From the NCBI GenBank assembly GCA_963730935.1, contig CAVSTP010000003.1, positions 256,001-320,000 on the forward strand: a stretch of DNA of 64,000 nucleotides, in the 5' to 3' direction. Source of the DNA: an uncultured Nitrospiraceae bacterium. Lineage in GTDB: Bacteria; Nitrospirota; Nitrospiria; Nitrospirales; Nitrospiraceae. The notes under the pieces are model-generated. The model ran no database searches, was not told the origin of the DNA, and worked only from the letters and a program-made list of their open reading frames with translations. A program made the position numbers and the translations under genes. Below, piece after piece: positions 57,517 to 64,000 of the stretch. Numbering within the stretch: position 1 is the stretch's first letter; every line of letters starts with the position of its first letter.

Positions 57517-58104
57517 ATGACCTTTTTACGGTATTACCGGCAGACGCAAGCCTTCACACTCACCGAACTCCTGGTCGTGGTGGCAATTGTGTCGATTCTC
57601 GCGGCCTGTGCCGCCGTTCTGTTCCCACATTACATCGAACGGGCGAAAACCGCCGAGGCGGAAATCGCCATTGCAGAAGTAAAGCGGCTCGAGACGGACT
57701 TCTTCGCTCGTACCGGGACCTTTTCCTCGGATTTGAATCAGATCGGCTATCAGATGGTGCCTCCCCTGAAATATCACACCGTCTTTGTCCAGGTGGAAAA
57801 GAGCCCGCGTGGCTGGGGCTATATGGTGTTGCTGATGCCGAACGGGGATACCAAATCCGGCGGCTCGTATATGTCGCAGGGACCGGATGGACGAATCCTC
57901 TCCAACGTGGGCGCCCAGGGAGCCGCGAAGAGTGGATCCGCCTCGGGCTGCTCCGCCTGGAGCGGATGGGGATCCATGGAAGGCGGAAGGATCGAGGGAG
58001 AAGAAGGCATCTCTTCGTCGAGCAACGGCACGCCGCCTTGCGGTGGAGGCGGCCGTGTGGTGCAACATGGCCGTGGTTCCGGTACAGCGTCTGCAGCCAA
58101 GTAG
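57517..58104 (+). CDS. Type IV pilin-like protein
   Basis: QA/FTLTELLVVVAIVSILA prepilin motif, RAKTAEA, C-terminal Cys pair. Confidence 0.85.
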   Translation: MTFLRYYRQTQAFTLTELLVVVAIVSILAACAAVLFPHYIERAKTAEAEIAIAEVKRLETDFFARTGTFSSDLNQIGYQMVPPLKYHTVFVQVEKSPRGWGYMVLLMPNGDTKSGGSYMSQGPDGRILSNVGAQGAAKSGSASGCSAWSGWGSMEGGRIEGEEGISSSSNGTPPCGGGGRVVQHGRGSGTASAAK

Positions 58105-58111
58105 CCGCCTT

Positions 58112-59218
58112 TCAGCGCAATGTCATCATGCTCTCCGGTGGGCTAAGGGTCATGCCCAGCCCCGCTTCTCGCCAGGGAGACAGGTACGGGCCGCTATACT
58201 TGTAGCCGCCTGTGACCGGATCCTTGTCCAGAAGCAGCGGCGTGTCCAGATCGAGCACCTCAAACCCTTTCATGCCTAGCACCAGGCCGAAAGAGCACCC
58301 CATGGCAATTCGTGTTTCCACCATCCCGCCGATCATCAGTTTGAGACCGGAAGCAAGGGTGAAGAGCGCGATCTCGTGCGCCTCCATCACACCGGTCTTC
58401 ATGATCTTGATATTGACGTAGTCGGCGGCCCGTTGCGCTACCACTTGCCGTGCATCCACGAGTGATCGCACTGATTCATCCGCGGCGACCGGGATACCGG
58501 TTTCACGGCGGATGGCGGCCAGTCCGTCCAAGTCCTCCCGCACGAGCGGCTGTTCAAGCAAGAGGAGTCTGCCCCCGAAGCGAACCACTCCTCGGACGAA
58601 CGCCAGGCATTCCTCGCGAGAAAAGCCTTGGTTGCCGTCGCCGATAAAGGCCACGCCCGGCAGTTCGCGGTGGACCGCTTCGAGCCGCCGCACGTCACCA
58701 TCAACGTCCTTACCGACCTTCATCTTGAATAGACGGAAGCCTTTCGCGTGCCAGCCTCGTGCTAGCGTCAGGGTCTTTTCGAGTGTTTCAATAGGGATCG
58801 TGATATCGGTTTCATGCTCGCGCAGGTCGGTTCCGCCCCACAATGCCCACATGGGCACCTGTTGCGCGTGGCAATGGGCATCAAGCAGCGCGGTTTCCAA
58901 CGCACAGCGCGCCGCGGGTTGGTCCGGTGCCTGCTCCCGTAGGCGCTGCGCAATGATCTTGAATTGATCGGCAGGATAGCCCAGCATGGTGCGGCCCAGT
59001 TGGCTCACAGCGGCGAGACTGACAGCGCGTGTTTCTCCGCCGACCTCGGGGAACGGTGCGGCTTCACCGTACCCTTGCGAGCCATCGGACAGCGTCATTC
59101 GTATGAACAGATTTTCCGCGACCGTACGAGATCCGGTTGCCACGACAAACGGATCCGTCAGGGCGATGTCGACCGGCCAACAATCGATCCGCTCAATGAG
59201 CTGCGTTTGTCCGCTCAT
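58112..59218 (-). CDS. Dipeptide (L-Ala-D/L-Glu) epimerase, enolase superfamily
   Basis: GYGEAAP, FKMKVG, DGNQG, LEQP, AADES, NIKIMKTG, DLD. Confidence 0.88.
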   Translation of the reverse strand: MSGQTQLIERIDCWPVDIALTDPFVVATGSRTVAENLFIRMTLSDGSQGYGEAAPFPEVGGETRAVSLAAVSQLGRTMLGYPADQFKIIAQRLREQAPDQPAARCALETALLDAHCHAQQVPMWALWGGTDLREHETDITIPIETLEKTLTLARGWHAKGFRLFKMKVGKDVDGDVRRLEAVHRELPGVAFIGDGNQGFSREECLAFVRGVVRFGGRLLLLEQPLVREDLDGLAAIRRETGIPVAADESVRSLVDARQVVAQRAADYVNIKIMKTGVMEAHEIALFTLASGLKLMIGGMVETRIAMGCSFGLVLGMKGFEVLDLDTPLLLDKDPVTGGYKYSGPYLSPWREAGLGMTLSPPESMMTLR

Positions 59219-59313
59219 CGGCGGGCATCTTAACCAGAAACGGCCATGAAGCCAATGCGAGGGACATTGACCTGACAGATCGGTTCAATGTCTATGAAGC
59301 CACGTCCGACCTC

Positions 59314-62100
59314 ATGAATCAAGCATTCCGCTCCATGCAACTCATGGTCGTGCTCGCTTTGGCCCTCATCGGGGTTTGGATCGCGCTCCCCTCGATCGCG
59401 TCGACCGTCCTTGAATGGTGGCTTGAGCAGCAGGGGTATGAGCAGGTCGTGGTCAGCATCGGGCGCCCCGACCTTCGGTCGCTGACGGTGCCACAGATCT
59501 CGTTGGCACGGCGGCTGACGGGGGAAATGGTCACCCTCTCTCTGAACAATGCGCAAGCCGAGTACACATTGCTCGGGTTATTGTCCGGTCGTGTCGACCG
59601 CCTTACGCTGCGTCAGGTCTCGATCAAGATCCTGACTTCACCGGCCGTTTCCGACAAGGGAGAGCCTTCCACGGACGCCGTTCAGGATGCGCCAGCTTCG
59701 TTGCTCAACGCGTTGACGGCCAGCGACGTTCTTCGCCGGCTGCCTTTCTTCCCCTGGGAGGAAGTCCGACTCGAAGAAGTGAAACTGTTTCGAGAACAAG
59801 CCACGGGTCCTCTTCGGACCGTCATCATGGCTGGCACGATCAAGCATGAACGTGACATGCTGGTGGCTGAGATGCTGTTGCAGGGCGTGGATACTATTCC
59901 CTATGACATGCGGGTCACGGGTCAATCACCGGCCGATATGTCGTTGCAACTCAGGGCGGCCCAGCCTAATGCGTCGCCATTCATGCTCTGGCGGTCACAG
60001 GCGGTTCCCAAGGAAGCTCACGTGCACATTGAGGGGATCCTGGAGGTTAATGTCCGGGAGTTGGCCCCGTTTCTGGCTCTCGTGGTTCCGATCGGACCGG
60101 AATGGCAACGGGTGGACGGCAATGTAACGGTTCACTGGGCGGGTACAGCGGCTTCGGGTGTGCCGGTTGCATCATTATTGAGGGATCCGGCGACCGAACT
60201 GAATGCAACCGTACAAGTCTCTGCCGTGCTTCCCGAGCTGAAAGGGTATGGGAAGGACTTGTCGGTCAAGACCACCGGGACGCTTTCGGGGAACGCCCGG
60301 CTGATCCATTGGAGCCTCGCCGCGGGCGCCTCTGCGACGGCGACGGTCAACGGAAGGGCGGTGAAAGGCGTGGAGCCATTCAGCACGCTGTTCCAGTACG
60401 GACCGCAGTCGGTGCGTGTCGACAATGCACAGGAAAGCACAGGCGAATTGTTCTGGACTGAGTCACCGCCTCGGTTCACCGCCTCAGGACCGGTGCGGCT
60501 CTCCTATGGTTCACAGACCGGACCGATCTACGCCGAATGTCTCGTCACGCAGATCGTCGGTCGAGGACTGGCCCTCGATCATGCCGACGCCCACGTGTTC
60601 GTCAAAGGCAGTCTGCCTTCAGTTTGGCATCAACGGTTCAATGTCAAACAGGTCAGGGGGGATCTTCGAGGCGAGGTCACCTGGACGGGCGCTATGGTAC
60701 GAGCGACAGTCAGTCCTTCGTCGTCCGTGACATTCGCAGATTTGAACCAGGGGCCGCTTCGAAGCGGCGGCGGGGTCTTTCAGCTGGAAGAACCGCTTCG
60801 AATCGACGTTGATCTCCCGAACAAGCGGTGGTCCGGAAGCACAGGTCGTTGGGTGTGGCAGTCGCCTCGCCTTCAGGCTGGCGCCGCTCACATTACGATG
60901 CAGCGGGCCTCGCTCAGGGTCGAACGCGCGGAAGGCTCAGCGAAAACATACCAGGCCGAGTTGAGCGCCACCTTTGATGGCGTCGCGCTCGAGCAGTCAA
61001 CTGCGCGAAGTGCGCCCTTTGATCTCTCGATGCAAGTGGCGGCGGATCCCCAAGTGCTCAAAGCGGATATTCTGACTCGAGGCCATGACCGTCCCATCAA
61101 GCTGGCTGCACAACTCGAGCATGAGTGGTCCACGGGGCGCGGGACCGCACATGGCGTCCTGGATCCGGTCGTCTTCGACCGCTCGACGCTTCGGCTCGGA
61201 CACCTTTGGTCTCCGTGGTCGTTTCCCGGTGATGTTACCGTGGGCAGCGTGGGCGGAACCTTTGAGTGGCGATGGACGACTAATCCGCAGCAACAGCTAT
61301 CCATACAGGGAGGATCGGCCGACCTCGTTGTGGAACGGCTGGGCGGTCACTACCAAAACATGGTGCTCACCGGCGTGAATAGCAAACTCAAGGTGGCGAT
61401 CGAGGGTCTCGAACGCGTTGTCGTGTCACGCCCGGCCGAGATTACCATCGCCTCCATCCAGACCGGTGTCGACATGACCGATCTCACCATGACCGTCGAG
61501 GGCGAGTGGGATCTGCGTGAAAGGCTTCCGCTCGTCGAAGTGCGGAATATTCGCTGCGGGCTGTTGGGTGGAATGGCGATGAGCCAAGGCCTCCGGGCAG
61601 ACCTGGGCTATCCACCGTACGGGCTCACCGTGCTGGTCCGAGAGCTCGATCTGCACCAGATCTTGAGCCTTGAGCAGCAGAAAGGGCTGCAGGGAACCGG
61701 TATGCTGGACGGGTCGCTTCCCGTAACCGTGACGTCTCAGGGTCTCAGGGTGAAGGATGGAAACTTCGAGGCGCGTCCTCCCGGCGGCGTGATCCGTTAC
61801 ACGGCCTCGCCGGAAACCGCTCATGCGGTGACCCAGGCCAACACCAACATGGAGATCGTCCTGCAGGCTCTGAGCAACTTTCACTTTAATGTGTTACAAG
61901 TGGGAGCGCAGTACTCGGAAAACGGCACATTACAGTTGCAGGCACGGCTGGAAGGCAAGAATCCGGAGCAGGAGAAGAGCCCGCCGATTCATTTCAATCT
62001 GACGGTGCAAGAAAACATCCCCGCCTTGTTGAAAAGTCTTCGGCTGGTCAACGATCTCGAAGACTCTGTGCGGACCAGGTTTTCCAAACCGTCAATGTGA
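59314..62100 (+). CDS. ydbH: YdbH-family AsmA-like intermembrane lipid bridge protein
   Basis: N-terminal TM, long beta-rich body, GMLDGSLPV, LEGKNP, FNLTVQENI; followed by ynbE and ydbL. Confidence 0.85.
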   Translation: MNQAFRSMQLMVVLALALIGVWIALPSIASTVLEWWLEQQGYEQVVVSIGRPDLRSLTVPQISLARRLTGEMVTLSLNNAQAEYTLLGLLSGRVDRLTLRQVSIKILTSPAVSDKGEPSTDAVQDAPASLLNALTASDVLRRLPFFPWEEVRLEEVKLFREQATGPLRTVIMAGTIKHERDMLVAEMLLQGVDTIPYDMRVTGQSPADMSLQLRAAQPNASPFMLWRSQAVPKEAHVHIEGILEVNVRELAPFLALVVPIGPEWQRVDGNVTVHWAGTAASGVPVASLLRDPATELNATVQVSAVLPELKGYGKDLSVKTTGTLSGNARLIHWSLAAGASATATVNGRAVKGVEPFSTLFQYGPQSVRVDNAQESTGELFWTESPPRFTASGPVRLSYGSQTGPIYAECLVTQIVGRGLALDHADAHVFVKGSLPSVWHQRFNVKQVRGDLRGEVTWTGAMVRATVSPSSSVTFADLNQGPLRSGGGVFQLEEPLRIDVDLPNKRWSGSTGRWVWQSPRLQAGAAHITMQRASLRVERAEGSAKTYQAELSATFDGVALEQSTARSAPFDLSMQVAADPQVLKADILTRGHDRPIKLAAQLEHEWSTGRGTAHGVLDPVVFDRSTLRLGHLWSPWSFPGDVTVGSVGGTFEWRWTTNPQQQLSIQGGSADLVVERLGGHYQNMVLTGVNSKLKVAIEGLERVVVSRPAEITIASIQTGVDMTDLTMTVEGEWDLRERLPLVEVRNIRCGLLGGMAMSQGLRADLGYPPYGLTVLVRELDLHQILSLEQQKGLQGTGMLDGSLPVTVTSQGLRVKDGNFEARPPGGVIRYTASPETAHAVTQANTNMEIVLQALSNFHFNVLQVGAQYSENGTLQLQARLEGKNPEQEKSPPIHFNLTVQENIPALLKSLRLVNDLEDSVRTRFSKPSM

Positions 62101-62110
62101 TGGGGGAACG

Positions 62111-62305
62111 ATGAGCGTTGGAGCATGGCTCATGATGAGTGCGGGAGTCTTCTGCTTGACAGGTTTGGGATGCACGCCGCGAGTTGAGGTGGCGGCGGAC
62201 AAACCGATTACGATCAATTTGAATGTCAAGATCGATCACGAAATACGGGTGAAGGTCGATAAGGAGCTCGATCAGGTCCTGTCGCAAGACAGTGGACTCT
62301 TCTGA
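62111..62305 (+). CDS. ynbE: YnbE-family lipoprotein
   Basis: LGCTPRVEVAADKPITINLNVKIDHEIRVKVDKELD...LF. Confidence 0.92.
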   Translation: MSVGAWLMMSAGVFCLTGLGCTPRVEVAADKPITINLNVKIDHEIRVKVDKELDQVLSQDSGLF

Positions 62306-62325
62306 TGAGGCTCAGGGAGTAGCTC

Positions 62326-62661
62326 ATGCGCAACAGCCATCTGGGGTGGGTGGCAGGGTCGGTCATTCTGTGTCTAGCAGCGGTTGCACCGGCCTTCGCC
62401 ATGTCGGTCGAAGAAGCAAAAACAAAAGGTTTGGTGGGAGAAAAAGCAAATGGCTATTTGGGTGTCGTCAATCCGGGCTCCCAGGAAGCGCAATCAGTGA
62501 CGAACGAGGTGAACAAGAAGCGTCGCCAGGCCTATGAGGACATCGCTACCAGGAATCGCACTCAGCTCGACGCCGTGGAGGCGTTAGCCGGCGAAAAGGC
62601 GATTCAGAACACCAAACCGGGGCATTACGTCGAAGGCCCGGGCGGATGGACAAGGAAATAA
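62326..62661 (+). CDS. ydbL: YdbL-family (DUF1318) protein
   Basis: AKTKGLVGEKANGYLG, VNKKRRQAY..IA, GHYV...GGW. Confidence 0.9.
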   Translation: MRNSHLGWVAGSVILCLAAVAPAFAMSVEEAKTKGLVGEKANGYLGVVNPGSQEAQSVTNEVNKKRRQAYEDIATRNRTQLDAVEALAGEKAIQNTKPGHYVEGPGGWTRK

Positions 62662-62688
62662 TCTCTGTTGCGGGTTCTCAGAGCCCGC

Positions 62689-63333
62689 CTAGCCGTAGCG
62701 GTCGTTCTTAAATGGCAAGGCGCTGTTGGAATAGCCCCGCACCTCCCAGAATCCCTTCTCATCCTTGTCTGAGAAGGTGATCTCCTTGATCCACTTGGCG
62801 CCCTTCCACGCATAACGTTTGGGGACAATGACGCGCACAGGGCCGCCATGTTCTTTCGAGAGCGGTTGGCCGTTCCATTTGTGGGCCACCAGCACGTCCG
62901 CATCGTCGCAGGCCTCAAGTGGCAGATTGGTCGTGTAGTCGTCATAGGATTTGAAGAGCACGAATTTGGCCAGTGTAACCGGTCTGACCACGGACAAGAT
63001 GTGACGGAAGCTGACCCCTTCCCATTCGTTGTCGAAGCGACTCCACGACGTCACGCAGTGAAAATCCGAGACGTCCTTGAACGGCGGTTGAGCGAGGAAC
63101 TGTTCCCAGGTCCAGGTCACGGGATTGGCGACAAAGCCGCCGATGGTGATCGTCCACTCGGCAAGCGCGATCTCCGGCTTATGGCCGAGATCCAGAACGG
63201 GGAAGGTCTCCACCACATGTTGTCCCGGGGGTAGGCGATCGTCACCTTCATAGAAGACCTCTCGCTCCTCTCCACCCCTCCGCGCCTTTGCCCACTGTTC
63301 CTTCGTCTTGGTCAATCGGCTCGAGTCATCCAT
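62689..63333 (-). CDS. Sulfite-oxidase-like molybdopterin oxidoreductase (cytoplasmic, YuiH-like)
   Basis: RLPPGQ, DFHCVTSWS, YTTNLPL, EHGGPVR, YAWKGAKW, GFWE.RGY. Confidence 0.9.
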   Translation of the reverse strand: MDDSSRLTKTKEQWAKARRGGEEREVFYEGDDRLPPGQHVVETFPVLDLGHKPEIALAEWTITIGGFVANPVTWTWEQFLAQPPFKDVSDFHCVTSWSRFDNEWEGVSFRHILSVVRPVTLAKFVLFKSYDDYTTNLPLEACDDADVLVAHKWNGQPLSKEHGGPVRVIVPKRYAWKGAKWIKEITFSDKDEKGFWEVRGYSNSALPFKNDRYG

Positions 63334-63473
63334 CGGTTACCTCCTCCCTAAGAGTAGGCTAGAAAGGAGTTTTCTGACAAGCAGGATTCGTTATGTTAAG
63401 AGTGGACCGCTGACGACACCTAAATCCTTGTGTTGTCTAGGCCTCTTGGCGACCTGCTACACTTGAAGACACT

Positions 63474-64000
63474 ATGAACGCGAGGCAACCGAGTCACACG
63501 CAAGCCACCGCCGCATGTTCCCTGTTGGTCTTTTCTCTGATTCTTGCCATTGCCACGTCTGGCGAGGGTCTGGCTGCACGCAAGGTCCAGAAGGAGAATC
63601 CCGCCGACCTGTCAAACAGCCTGACCCCTGCCAGTCAATCCCGGCCACAACGGACCCTTGCCAAGGGCACCCCATCGGCTCAGCCCTTATCAACCGAGAG
63701 CAGGCCGGCATATGCCGCACGGCAGAAGAAAGTCACCACGGGTGAGGCGCCGTCCACCGGGCGAAAAAGCCGCAGGACGATGAAGGCGTCCAAGAAAACC
63801 GCTGCGAAAGCTGTGGTACAGCCTAGGACGGATTTGATCCCGTATGGCATGCTCGAAGATTCCCAGCGCTATGATCCGCGCCCTCGAGCCGCGTCTCCCG
63901 GCGTCCCTAGTCCACAGACGACCGATTTGACCCACGACCATTTTCAAGAGTTGGACCGCAATCAAGACGGCAGGATCGACCCTGTTGAACGGGCGTTGGG
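63474..64000 (+). CDS. Partial secreted protein with EF-hand motif (runs off the window)
   Basis: Own translation from ATG 63474 is open to the end: signal-like LLVFSLILAIA, basic low-complexity middle, HFQELDRNQDGRIDPVE; absent from the ORF track. Confidence 0.7.
   Translation, partial: MNARQPSHTQATAACSLLVFSLILAIATSGEGLAARKVQKENPADLSNSLTPASQSRPQRTLAKGTPSAQPLSTESRPAYAARQKKVTTGEAPSTGRKSRRTMKASKKTAAKAVVQPRTDLIPYGMLEDSQRYDPRPRAASPGVPSPQTTDLTHDHFQELDRNQDGRIDPVERAL

Overview
Gene-dense, GC-rich bacterial chromosome segment, most likely a Nitrospira (inferred from gene content, protein style and an intergenic repeat family; not confirmed by search). About 68 protein genes, mostly housekeeping: GH65 phosphorylase/beta-PGM, phoD, thiC-thi4 under a TPP riboswitch with terminator, nadA, ileS-lspA, uppP, a MacAB-type exporter, comF, class 1A pyrD, bioB, a LapA-LapB-like fusion, rplU-rpmA-obg-proB-nadD-rsfS, ilvE, gap-pgk-tpiA-secG, mutS2, a sigma54 activator, queG, thiI, trxB, coaE, ydbH-ynbE-ydbL and a sulfite-oxidase-like gene. 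I saw no tRNA, rRNA, CRISPR, integrase or transposase. The most unusual items are: (1) an Xis/BldC-like HTH - MraZ paralog - RusA gene run behind comF with a repeat-laden promoter; (2) an orphan DGQHR (DndB/DpdB-like) gene with no dnd/dpd cluster; (3) four diverged copies of a 110-170 bp palindromic intergenic element whose ends co-vary; (4) a non-Cys archaeal-type Thi4; (5) many apparently leaderless genes; (6) a probable ATC start for rsfS; (7) a small ORF behind a sigma54-type motif. All calls come from motif recognition by eye. Several starts were moved downstream of the ORF-track start.
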